DNA from: Bispira polyomma
Lineage: Eukaryota
Length of the DNA stretch: 64,000 nucleotides
NCBI GenBank assembly: GCA_965649765.1
Contig: OZ287751.1
Location: 7,378,001-7,442,000, forward strand
Reading direction: 5' to 3'
The notes under the pieces: generated by a model
Told to the model about the DNA's origin: nothing
Seen by the model: the letters and a program-made list of their open reading frames with translations, nothing else
Database searches by the model: none
In this document: piece by piece, positions 26,130-38,304 of the stretch
Layout of the letters: each line of letters opens with the position of its first letter
How positions within the stretch are numbered: the first letter of the stretch is position 1
Made by a program: the position numbers and the translations under genes

Positions 26130-26388
26130 ATTCGAATTTGAATTGAGATATTACACGTCCACTCTAGTACCTGTTTTGGTTATATTGGGATGGGTAGTTG
26201 GAAACGCTGGAGGAAACACTGCATACAGTTGATCAAGGTTCTGGACTGAAACCAGCGGCCCACAGTAAGGAACTACCACCTTTCCCACATAGGCATCGAT
26301 GGGATTCGAACTCACGCCGCCCAGAGGTGAGAGACCAGTGATAGTGAAGTGCAATGCTTGCTAACCACTAGGCCACCGCGGCCCCCTT
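26130..26388 (-). mobile_element. tRNA-derived SINE
   Basis: - strand ggggccgcggtggcctagtggttag ... gagttcgaatccc head, plus the family body. Confidence 0.8.
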
Positions 26389-26585
26389 GGTCACCATGGA
26401 CAATTTGAAAGTTGTCTACTTCCAGATGGATTGCCCACATGCAGTGAATGTAACTCACTTCTGGGAAGTGGAGGTTATTTATTCAAAATATATAAAAGTG
26501 TAAATCGCTTGGAGACAAAACGGGACCAGGAAAAAGTGTTCACGATAGAGAGGTGTTCACTATTCGGAGGTGTTCACTGATGGAG

Positions 26586-26848
26586 GTTTTTCTGTCTATT
26601 TAGGTCAGTCTGGTGTGTGTACCCAGTGCTAAACACAACAAGTTTAACCAGATGGTGCCTTTAGTTCACGCATGTGTTGTGGTTTTCTGTGTATTTAGGT
26701 CAGTCTGTGTGTGTACCCAGTGCCAAACACAACTAGTTTAACCAGTTGGTGCCTTTACTTCATGCGTCTTCTGTGTTTTTCTGTGTTTTTAGGTCAGTCA
26801 GATGCGTGTAGACAGTGCCAAACACAACAAGTTTAACCAGATGGTGTG
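26586..26848 (+). repeat. Triplicated 3' splice site plus exon start of EXOC2 (~94-95-bp period)
   Basis: Three copies of ttttctgt...ttag|gtcagtc...cagtgc(t/c)aaacacaac(a/t)agtttaaccag(a/t)tggtg, with AGs at 26602, 26697 and 26791. Confidence 0.9.
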
Positions 26849-27004
26849 GGAGGTCATTGACCTGTTCTCTAAGCTGGTGAGGGCCGCCTTCCTGCCTCAT
26901 TCCTTACAGAGCATGGACGCGGGTGTGAGGGAGAAATATGGGGTATGGGGGGAGAATAGGGACTCACCCACTGGATGGCTGCCAATCTGTGTCAGATGTG
27001 TCAG
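26793..27004 (+). CDS. EXOC2: EXOC2/Sec5 internal exon (VSQMRVDSAKHNKFNQMVWEVIDLFSKLVRAAFLPHSLQSMDAGVREKYGVWGENRDSPTGWLPICVRCV-R)
   Basis: Acceptor tttttag|GTC and donor AG|gtatga; 212 nt, open frame, ends in phase 2. Resembles the vertebrate EXOC2 segment KMIQEVMHSLVKLTRGALLP...YGGW...GQWLAHAIQTVR (recalled, not searched). An in-frame alternative acceptor at 26801 is possible. Confidence 0.9.
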
Positions 27005-27554
27005 GTATGAAAGCTCAGGCTAAAGCCTGGGTAATAGACAGATTATACTATAGTCTACTGCAATTTGTGGTCAAGTCTCATCAGTAATATATATGTAGTT
27101 TAATGAGCTAAAGCCTGTGTAAGAGGCAGATTGTACTACTGCAGTTTGTGATTAGTAAGTAGTCTAATTAGTAATAGTTTAATGAGCTAATGCTTAAGTT
27201 AGAGGCAGATTGTGCTTTCTGCAATTTGAATTTTAGGCAGATTGTACTACTGCAGTTTGTGGGAAAGTTTAATTAGTTATTGCCTATGTTAAAGGATAAT
27301 TGTACAACTGCAGTTTGTGATTCATTTTAATGAGGTAATGTCTGTTTTTAGACTGTACTGCTGTAGTATGGCTCTGAACAGATTGTGTACTGTCAAATTG
27401 GATTTCTACCATGACATGTATATTGTGATACCAAAACCTAACTTGTGATGTTGGGCCTGCGTATAACTAGAATTTATTTTGTAAACAAGTGTCACATTCC
27501 CTCCCAGGATATCTTGTATAACATACTCTAACCGTTACTGTATATCTGTTCCAG

Positions 27555-27676
27555 GGCATGCATGCTGTTTGTGACTCCTTACGACCTGCCCAGTGACTCT
27601 ATGGAGATCTTACAGGACCTTGCGTTTGACATGAGGACCAACTGTATGGGTATATTGCTGAAACAGGCCATTGATG
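27555..27676 (+). CDS. EXOC2: EXOC2 exon (ACMLFVTPYDLPSDSMEILQDLAFDMRTNCMGILLKQAID)
   Basis: ttccag|G ... G|gtgagt; 122 nt, phase 2 to 1, joins the previous exon in frame. Resembles EXOC2 [32 protein letters not shown]. Confidence 0.92.
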
Positions 27677-27800
27677 GTGAGTAGTGTACATAGACTGCTA
27701 CTTACTTAACACATCTAGTAAGGCTCTAACTGTATGGGTATACTGCTGAAACAGGCCATTGATGGTGAGTAGTGTACATCGGCTCCTACTTAACACATCT
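27640..27800 (+). repeat. Duplicated exon end plus 5' splice site of EXOC2 (88-bp period)
   Basis: aactgtatgggtata(t/c)tgctgaaacaggccattgatg|gtgagtagtgtacat at 27640 and 27728. Confidence 0.92.
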
Positions 27801-30587
27801 AATACTGGTAGGCTCCCACTCTATGTCACCACAGTATTATGTCAACCTCGCAAGTTAATTAATGAAAACAGCTGTTGCCACTAGACTAGCCTATAATGAG
27901 GCTCAGATCTCTGTTTGATAAACAAGATATATAACTGGGATAGAGTACATTGTACAAGTGACTAATAGCGGCACGAGATGTCCTTGTAACATTGTAAAGC
28001 TAAAATAATAAGCAATTGAAAAAGCAAGAAAATAAATATAGTTTTTAACTGATAAATGACAAATGTTCTTCCAGTAAATCACTAGTCACAAGTGGAAACA
28101 AAGGGGGAGTATGTCAGGAACCTAACTACATCAGCTGTATTTCTCTCATCTCATCATCTACTCGCTTTTCTGCTTTAAAATTCATCCGCTAGTTACCCCT
28201 GAACTCTGATCACCAACCCTTTCCCTCCTATCGGACTATTTCTCTTGAAAACTTATTGGGACGTGTGCACCACAGAGAATGCCTGGACATCGATTGTGGC
28301 GCTATAGTAATCAAACATTAATATGTTGAGAGAAAGCACGTTTTGAGTAAACATAAATTTGTGGGGAGAGTGAAAAAGGAGTGAATCAAATCAGTTTGGA
28401 TCACAGAGGTTCCACTTTATTCAGATATAAGATTCTCTGATAATGGGGAGTTGGACTTTAATCATATTATATTATTTACTATTTTAGGTATTCAGGTACT
28501 TTGATAGTATTCTAATTCTAAGCCATAGTTATAAAACAAAAAATAACAATCATAGGTCATTTTTATCAACAACTGTGAAACAAAAGAAGAGGCAAAACCA
28601 ATAAGCTATTCCACATGAAAATAAATGTGAAGGAATCAGAGTATATTGTTAATATTTTAGTTATTATTGAACAAGTTTGTTAAACTGCAGTAAAGGCTTT
28701 AAGTACTCCATAGCTCTTAGTCTATTTGTGACTTGAAATAGCTCTTGTCAGTCTGAGCCCTTATTCTCTAAAGAAACTACAACTCAGATTTAACTACAAT
28801 GAACATTATGTGCAAGTTTCTTCAGTAGAATACCTTTAGATAGAACTTAATTTATGTTGTGAAAAGTCTGTACTCCTTTAAGATCTTCCTGGTCAACAGG
28901 AAATTCTGCTAAAGAGGTAATATGCCAGGTACCTTGAGATTCAAATTTAACAGATTCATTTGTATATGGAAATTACCTATTCTCATGACTATTCATTTGA
29001 TAGAACTTTCAGCACTGAATTTCAATAGGAATTCAAAGTTGAAATAACTAAACTTCCTCCAGACAGAGGGAAAGCTTAGACTTGAGTTTGTGTCTGAACT
29101 GAGCTTGATAGTTTTGTTGAGAATAGAGCCACTGAAGAGCTTTTTAATCGAATATGACTTGGGATATGATAGAAGATATAAACAGAGATAAATAAAAATG
29201 TACTTCCCAAAAATCTGTCTAAAAATCTAAAGTTTACTCAGAACACTGCTATCAGACAGAATCATGTTATTGTCTTAAGAAAAATTCAAGCCTGAGAGGG
29301 TGCTAAAGGTAAATATATAAACATGTGCAATATTAACTCTGCTGGGAAATCCTCTTGTTTTCAAATTACCTGTGGCACTCCATTAGGATATCTTTGTTTT
29401 GTAGAAAAATGGCTACTGATCTGGTAAGGGAGCCACTACTTTGAGGGCTGAAATTACCACATTAATCTTAATATTGGCCTGTATCTGAAAAACAACAAAA
29501 ACCTCCATTTCTATGTTTTATTTAAACTCAACGGATTGTTCTGCTAATAGTTCTCAACATAACTGGATTCCATTTACCATGATTTTAGTTTGTTTTTAGT
29601 AGGGTATCAATCTTTCTTAATTTGTTGTGGATTAAGAGGAAAGAGATGAAAAATTCATATTGTGGTCTTGTGTGTTTAAAACCGTCTAAAGCTTTAAAAG
29701 GATGAATTGCTCAATGGGTTGGTGTACCTAATCTTAGTGATCACATTTCTGTGTTTTAACTAGGGCTTGTTTGGCTTAGTAAAAAAAAAACTTCACAAAA
29801 GGCAGCACCAGATGTTGACGATAAATAGATAGAATAGAAACTACAGGTATGAAGTAAATGTTATAATTAGATAATGGTAAAACTACCTTGAGTGGTTTAT
29901 ATTAAAAATTTATAAAACAAGAAAAGATAAGCAGCATACAAGCCCAGTAAGTCTGCGTTTCCATATCGACAATAGGCGATGAAATCATTTAGCTATGTGA
30001 AATCTTATTTAAGTTAATGGTTCTGTCTTGTGTTCCGATGGAAAAATTTACAACATTTTTCAAAGTTTTTCTCTAAATAGAAGTATATTTTGCCTTAATT
30101 CAACAATTTTTGTTTGCGCAGTGGGTTAGGAATAACATTGTAATTTTATTATTTTTTACATCTAATACTGTGTACTTCATCCTTGTTTTATTCTAGTTTT
30201 CTCTTCAACTTTTGGTGACAACTAAAGTACAGTATTTATTATCCAAACTTCTGTTATCCAAATATTTAAATTTTTTAACTCTCCCAAATTTATGCCTTCC
30301 CAATACTAAAATAAATGCCTCTTCTATTTTAGTAACCTTCTATTATCCAAACAAAAGTCTTGCTCCCCAAAGATGTTTGGATAAAAGAGGCTCTACTGTA
30401 CTACTAAATTCTACTTTAGGAAAAACTTTTCATGCTGCCACAATATTTTCTGGTTCTATATTTCTTTTTCCATTCCATATTCCATACAATGTTCAGTATT
30501 TCCCTTCAGAAGTGCTCTATTTAGTGCTGGTCAACCAGGAAAATCGTAAAACTACTGAGCTCCCCCCCCCCCCCATATTTCTACTTA

Positions 30588-31275
30588 AGGTCTTATCCCA
30601 CATAGGCAAATTGATTAGGCGCCAAACAAGGAAATACATAAATTGGTGTGCAATCGCAAAAAGTTCTCCCCATTGTCTCCTTGCAGTCTCTTCAATTCCT
30701 TTCGTAGTGTCTCTCTTTTGTCTTTTAGTTGTTGCAAGTAATCGCCTCTGCTCGCGTGGCACGGAATGTAAAAATGTTCAAATTCCTTGCCATGACAACC
30801 CATTGAGGAGGCAATGTGGAGACAATCACCTTATTGTCTCATCTTTGTCTTTGAAGTCACCAGCTTGTTGCTTTGATGTCATATCTTCATTGTTTTCTAT
30901 TGTCGCCAAACCAGTTGAAGTAGGTGACAATTAGCAGATATGAAGGAGACAATGAGGCCACAAATGTCATATAAAAAATTGCATTTATTTCTCACAGTAC
31001 TCTTGTAACTGTTGTGCAACAACCAAAAATGGCCATCTGTCACCATTTATCGTACCGTTGTCCTTTCGTTGTCTCTATACTGTCTCACTGTGGTCTCATG
31101 GCTGTCCCATCTATGTCTCCAGGGTGTCGTTATACCTTCTCAACGATTGCGTTGAGAGGCCCCTTTGTTGTTGTTGTTTTTTCCAGGTGACAGAAACCAA
31201 ATAATGGAGACAATCACAAAACAAATTATCACATTTACTGTTGTGCATTTTTGTCGCCCATGTGGGACGCTGGCT
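30588..31275. mobile_element. PIF/Harbinger-like non-autonomous DNA transposon
   Basis: Imperfect TIRs ..tcccacataggc / gcccatgtgggacgctggct flanked by TTA; internal ttgtctc/gagacaa motifs. Confidence 0.65.
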
Positions 31276-34200
31276 TTACTAGTACAGTTAATATACTTGC
31301 CTCGATCAAATTCTCTATAATAGGGTGGGGGATGTATCTTCAGGCAGACAAAAGGTTTGATGTAATAAGTAAAAGTCAAGGTTGCTAGGTTTACTGCACC
31401 TCTCCTCACTATAATGCAACAACAATCTGGGGTCTTTTTGGGCCCCGTTACACACACACACACACACACACACATACACACCAAGAAATCTATTTAAGTA
31501 TAAAGGGTCGGGGTTATTCATCATTTGGCCAGAGGAAATAGGGCAGGCACGAGAATTAGTTTGTTTTTGAAGGGTGTCTTTTTTCACAAGTCAGATATAC
31601 AGCATGTAATAGTTTGTTTTCCTATTGTTTTTTTACTAAAATCTCCCTTCTATTTTATCCAAGTTCAGATAATAAAGGTTCTGCTCCAGTCATTTTGAAT
31701 GATCAGATGTTTTAAACAAGATCTCAAAATTATGTCGGAGTCCAATGTATATCTATGTGTAGAAGAAAGGTGTTTAAAGTCTGGCTTGATTTCCTCTTGA
31801 AAACTCCATTAATTACAGGAGTTATGTCAAGTTGACCCCATCAATAAGGTAAGCTGTGCATCAGCTATCTGAGCATATGCATGAATCTGAGTTTAAGACA
31901 ATATTATTAAACGATAGTTCCCTCTTAGAAGTGAGCAATAGTTATAGCACAGTTTGACCTTAGGTTAACCTTAACTTAAGCGTAAAAATGCTGTATTACC
32001 TTGTTGACATAAAAGTAATAACTACCTTGACCATGATCCTTCTGCTTCAGTCAAACAGGACCTTATCTATCGCATCTCAAAAAAAAACCACCCATAAACT
32101 TAATCTCAAACCCATATTTCTGTCAAATAAAGGGCATGTGTAACGTCCCTGCATATATACATGTTCTCGTATTCATTTGTTTTTATTGCTGAATTCAAAT
32201 ACGTATAAGTAGTCAGATACTTACAGAACTTCATTTTCGCCAGAGATATGGAGACAGTTGAGTCTTTGAGGCGATCCCGAGATTTTTGAAGGTTGCTGCT
32301 AAGCCAGAATTCTGTATAGACATGGAGTAATAGTTATTATTGATTGGTTTAATATCCAAGGATATTAACAATCGTGTGTCTTCTCCCCCCCCCCCCCTCC
32401 CACTGCCCTTTTCTGGCATGTTTACTTTACACTTACTGCTCTGTGAAATTTGACAGTCAACCATAAGAAAGGGGTGTTAATAAAGGGTGATAATATGGTT
32501 GAGTTTCCTGATGGTTTAGTTGACAAAGTGATGATCATCTATTATCCAAACTTGTCTAATATGTATGGTATTTTTTAAACTCATTTCCGGTATTTTTTTT
32601 TTCACCGCACAGGCCATATATAGGGTATTGTTTTTATCCTGGTCATCCCGATGGGTGCGCAAAGCTTTGGCTGCCAAAGTTTGTCCGGATTAGTGCTCAA
32701 TATTCGTGAGGCAGAGGAAGTTCATGTTTAGTACAAGTGTTCAATGGGGATGTAAATATGAAGTATCTTGCTCTGACGTCATGGTCTGACCTTTTCACCC
32801 GCCATCTTTTTCTTTGTCTGTTAGAATCTTGACCCTGGTATGTATGTGGGAAAGTCAGCAGTAGACTTGCTGAAGGCCGATGGATTACAGCAGAAAACCT
32901 GTGCCAGTGATGCACCTCTGATTTCCTGCACTATTAAACTGTCCATCAAGCTATGACACAAATAACAAAAATTATCACAACGTGTTGCTACCCCATAATA
33001 TTTAGGAAATAGAGGAAACTTCTTTTATGTAAAAATTTTATTTTATAAACTCCTTTTTACTCCCGGAAATTTGTGTTTCCCTCTGGTTTTATACAAAAAT
33101 ACCTCTTCTAGTTTATGCACATTCTATTAACTGAATACTCTCCTAACATTTTGGATAATAGAGGTTCTCCTCTAATGCAGCAGTTTGGATAAGTAAGTGG
33201 CTAAATCAAACCTTGTAATACCATAGGGAGTTATGTACATTACAATAAGATACTTGAAGAAGATTGAATGGATTTGGTGTATCTATTTCGGGAGGTTTCT
33301 GATCATATCTTCAACCATCTAACCATCACTTCATTGATTTAGGGCCACAACCTTTTGATGTAACTATATTTGATAGTGATGGATCTTGATTCATGAGGAA
33401 AATAAAGTATTACCAAATTTTTATGATATTTACACAGTGACTATTTTTTTTCTCATGAACCAGTAGAATCACAGTGGAATTGAGTTGGTACAATGGGAGA
33501 CATTGTGTAACTGATTAATTGGTAAGATCTGGGTCTGTTTTTAAACCTAAAGTTAAAACCTCAAGCCTCTAACTGAAAATTAAGTCAAAATATGTCTTTG
33601 TGTATTGTTGTGGCCAAAAAATATAAATCTGAAATCTAAATGCAAATTTGAACTTCTCTGAGAAAGCGATGTTAATGCCATTATTAAGAAAATCTGAGTG
33701 TAACTATGAGTTTTGATAAATACAACCCACCTTTTGATTTATAAAAAAAAGTTGTGTATTGATAGTTTATTAAGGGTTTAGTAACATAAACACATGAAGT
33801 AATCGCTGATAAACCATGTAAAGTGGTGTTCACACTATGATTGAAAGTAAAGGCAGTCGGAGGTGTTATGGAGATCACCTTGTAGCATTGTGGACCCTAT
33901 CTCAAACTTCTCCTAAGTTTCCCTATGTTTATCTTCCTTCCCAAACCTTCTGAAGCCAGCTGTGTGGGGCGGAAGTTTTTGTTCGGGTCAAAACTTCCAC
34001 CTTACCAAGGATTCCCTTAATTCTGTGTGTTTCCATCTGTAAAACTATAAAGGAAATTCCAACTATGAGTGTGTTAAAACTGAGCTCATAAACATTGTAA
34101 GTTTTGAGATCCAGATGTTCAGATAATAGAGGTTCTACTGGAGTTTACATGGTATTAGAGATGAGTCTATATTAGTGCTTAATTGTCTTCAGACCGATGG

Positions 34201-35004
34201 AGACTAAGAACAACACTGGGGATTGTGTGATTATTTTTGGTTATTTAAAACTTTTGAGATTACTCCAAGAAAAGCAAACAATACAAGTTGGAATGGGAAT
34301 TTTATTATGGAGGGGAGTGGCGGGTGGGGGGAGTATTAAGGGTTGGTGGAGGGCCCCGAAAAAGAAAACTGCTTTGTTTGGTCTTGCAATAGGGATACAG
34401 GATACACATTACAGTAGATTGCTTTGAGTTTATTACATAATCATCGTTCATGAGAATTTAATAGCCAGTTGATACCACGGGGCCCACTTTTGTATTCATC
34501 CTTATGGAATAAGTGAGATTCCCTTTACAGACCTGGCATTAATGGACTCCACCTCTTTCTTACTGGCGGAGTTTGCTTAACAACACTCAAAACAGCCGCG
34601 GTTATTGCCTTATTGGGTTTCTTGAGTAATTTAGTGCTGGAGAAGGAAACGGTTACTGTTCTTTTAGAGCAAACAATGTGTGAACCTAATACATTAAGTG
34701 CTCTGGTTTGAGTTTAACTTTCCTTTCATATTGTGTTTGTTTCAGTTATTTATACCTCACTGCATACTATGAATTTTTGCATTCTGTCTAAAATGTCACC
34801 TGTAGGTGTTGAATTATCTTGATGGAATACTTAAGGGTTTAGTAACGTAAACACATAAACCAATCACCGATAAAAATTATTATGTGTGGAAGAGCTTCTT
34901 TGGACTTGTACTACCTCACTTTCGTGGCCTTTAACTCAATTTATGCAAAACATACTACCTCACTTTCGAGGTCTTTAACTCAATTTATGCATAACATATT
35001 TACA

Positions 35005-35912
35005 TTTTTACCCCACAGCCTGTAAAGGCTGTGCGGGTATTGTTTTTACCTATGTCATCCGGCTGGGCGGGCGGGCGGTGGCTGCTAACCTTGTCCGGGC
35101 CAGATCTCAGCAACCGTAAGGTGGAAGAAGTTCAAGCTTAGCAGGGATGTTCCTTAGGGGGTCTAGTTGTGCAACGTCATAATCTGACCTCAGTTTGACC
35201 TTGCCCCTGTGACCTTGGACCTCAAAGTCTTGTCCGGGCCAAATCTTGGCAACCATAAGGTGAAAGAAGTTCAAACTTGGCAGGGATGTTCAATAGGCGG
35301 TCTGGTTGTGCAACGTCATGGTATGACCTTAGTTTGACCTTTGAACTTGCCCCTGTGACCTTGGACTTGAAAATTTCATCAGAGCCAGATCTCGGCAACC
35401 GTAAGGTGGAACAAATAAAAACTTGGCAGGGATGTTCCTTAGGGGGTCTAGTTCTGCAATGTCAGGGTCTGACCTCAGTTTGATCTTGACCTTATGACTT
35501 ACAACTTCAAAATCTTGTCCAGGCTCTATCTCGGCAACCGTAAGGTGGAAGAAATTCAAACTTGGCAGGGATGTTCCCTAGAGGGTCTAGTTCTGCAACA
35601 TCATGGTCTGACCTCAGTTTGACCTGTCACCTTGACCCTGTGACCTTGGACTTGAAAATCTGTATGCTGTATTTTGGTAACTGTAAGGTGGAACAAGTTC
35701 AAATTTGTCAGAGATATTCCTAAGGGGGTCTTGTTTTGCATTATCTATTGTAAGGCTGGACAAACTTGGAAATGTATACCTTTCACATAACTTACACTTA
35801 GTCTCTTGCACACGACACATTACCAGTTGTACATTTTCACCTCTTCTATATCTGCTGGCCTCTCTGACCATTCACCCAAGCTGTGGGGTACGGGCATCGC
35901 TGATGTTATTTT
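35005..35912 (+). mobile_element. Second HINE-like family with ~141-145-bp internal tandem units
   Basis: Sub-terminal IR taccccacagc (35009) / gctgtggggta (35880), 5' hairpin acagcctgtaaaggctgt, (ggcg)n tract, 4-5 units. A related truncated 5' end lies at ~32600-32790. Confidence 0.75.
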
Positions 35913-36128
35913 TATGAGTAGAAATACATGTAATAAAGAAATACGGTGGATCCCTGTTAAGTCAAATCTGAAGGGACCATAAAATTTATTATAATTAACA
36001 GAAATTCTAATTAATAGGGTAAAATTTAATTAGCAATATAGCAATCGGACCTTAAAGTAATTTCTACTAAACAGATAATTTTCACTTATGAGAGTTCTAC
36101 TTAAAGGGGTTTGACTGTACATATATTG

Positions 36129-38208
36129 TAATTAAGCGTCCCTTGAAAAGGGCGTTTATTTGGTTTCACCCCTGGTTTCCTCGCCGCCGCCGCCACCGCC
36201 GCATGGTCTTCCTTGAATATCTCCTTCAATATTATCGGCATCAAAATTATTTTTGGCAGTTCTCTTAACCAGGAGTGGGAAATTTTTTTCATATTCTTGG
36301 CTTTGAACTTTGGCCTACTTAAATGTCAGGTGACCCTGGGGGTGTAAAAGTGCTTGTCACTAGGTTTTCTCAAAAAGTATTCATCATAGCTTAATGAAAT
36401 GTGGTATGTACCTTGGTAAGGCAATTTTCAGGACGGGAGACGCTGATGAGATTAATCGGATGATAATTGACCGATTGCCAACCGATTGATTTTTATTGAA
36501 ATGCGAAAAATCGGTACTTTTTTGCTATCTCGGAAACTATTGGGATTTCAGCTTTTTCTTGAAAAAAGTTATTCATCTTCTTTTTGATTTTATGTATGAT
36601 GTAAAATTTTACAGTTCTAAGTCCAGTACTCAATGAGTACTGAGTACTTCAAATGAGTATTTTGCTCTATTTTGCTCTATCTTGCACTTTTATCAACTTT
36701 TCTTTTGAAGTACTTATCATAGTTCAATGAAATTTTGCATGCACATTGCAAATATCAAAGCATAGATGTCCATAAATTTTTAGATCAATCTGGTGATAAT
36801 TGACTGATTGACAGGGTCGATCAATCATACAAAATGCGGAAAAAATTGTGTTGATGGGTGCTTTTTTGAGCGTGTGAGGATTTTTTTTATTTTTAATTTT
36901 AGACCAGTACATGCAGCGCGTTACTTTTAAAGAATAGCCTGAATTTTTATTTATTTTTTACCCCATCCAAAAATATGCGATCGTTACTGATATAAAACGA
37001 TTTTAATTTCAAAAATTTTAAAAATTAAGGTTTTTTTTTAAATGTCCATTATCTCTGAAACGGTGCTAGATAGAGCGATTTCGAGCTCATTTTCGACCCA
37101 CAGTGTTGATTTTGCTTATACATAAACTTTTAAAAAATTTTCAATTTTGGCGGCCATCTTGAATTTCTGCGTCTTTTTTGAAAATGTCAGTTATCTCGGA
37201 AATGGTGCTAGATAGAGCGATTTCAAGCTCATTTCGACCCACAGGGTTGATTTTGCTTATATGTAAACTTTTAAAAAATTTTCAATTTTGGCAGCCATCT
37301 TGAATTTCTGCGTCTTTTTTGAAAATGTCAGTTATCTCGGAAACGGTGCTAGATAGAGCGATTTCGAGCTCATTTTCGACCCACAGGGTTGATGTTGCTT
37401 ATATGGAAACTTTTAAAAAATTTCAATTTTGGCGGCTATCTTGAATTTCTGCGTCTTTTTTGAAAATGTCAGTTATCTCGGAAACGGTGCTAGATAGAGC
37501 GATTTCAAGCTCATTTTCGACCCACAGGGTTGATTTTGCTTATATGTAAACTTTTAAAAAAATTTCAATTTTGGCGGCCATCTTGAATTTCTGCCTCTTT
37601 TTCAAAAACGTCCGTTATCTCAGAAACGGTGCTAGATAGAGCGATTTCGAGCTAATTTTCGATCCACAGGGTTGATTTTGCTTATATGTAAACTTTTTTA
37701 AAAATTTTAATTTTGTCGGCCATCTTGAATTTCTGCGTCTTTTTGGAAAATGTCATTTATCTTGGAAATGGTGCTAGATAGACCGATTTCGAGCTCATTT
37801 TCAATCCACAGGGTTGATTTTGCTTATATTTAAACTTTTAAAAAAATGTTACATTTTGGCGGCCATCTTGAATTTCTGCGTCTTTTTCGAAAATGTCCTT
37901 TATCTCAGAAACGATGCTAGATAGAGCGATTTCAAGCTCCTTTTCGACTCATAGGGCTGATTTTTCTTTTATGTAAATTTTTATAGTAATTTTTGATTTG
38001 GGCAACCATCTTGAATTTCTGTGTCTTTTTAGAAAACGTCTGTTATCTCGGAAATGGTGATCCTTTTCGAGCTTACATTGACCAAAAGTGCTGATTCTGC
38101 TTATATGTCAACTTTTAAACAATATCAAACCATGGACACTAAACAATTTCATTATTATTTCAACTTTAGGGACGCTTCGTTTTTGTTATAAAAAACCGTT
38201 TTCTAGTT
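36129..38208 (+). mobile_element. HINE/DINE-like element, copy 2 of the 23.9-kb family
   Basis: Highly similar to 23900-25925 end to end; ~7 units of ~142 bp at 37051-38045. Confidence 0.82.
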
Positions 38209-38304
38209 ATGTAATGATTCATATACTTGAAGTGTTCTCTCAATACGTATTTTAAAACATAAAATACATACAGCAATGTGAAAAATTGTAGCAAAAATGG
38301 TAAA

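Noticed and set aside
30212-30934. 240-aa ORF
   Set aside because: Runs across two unrelated MITEs and a poly-C tract; starts at a non-ATG codon; no recognisable domain.
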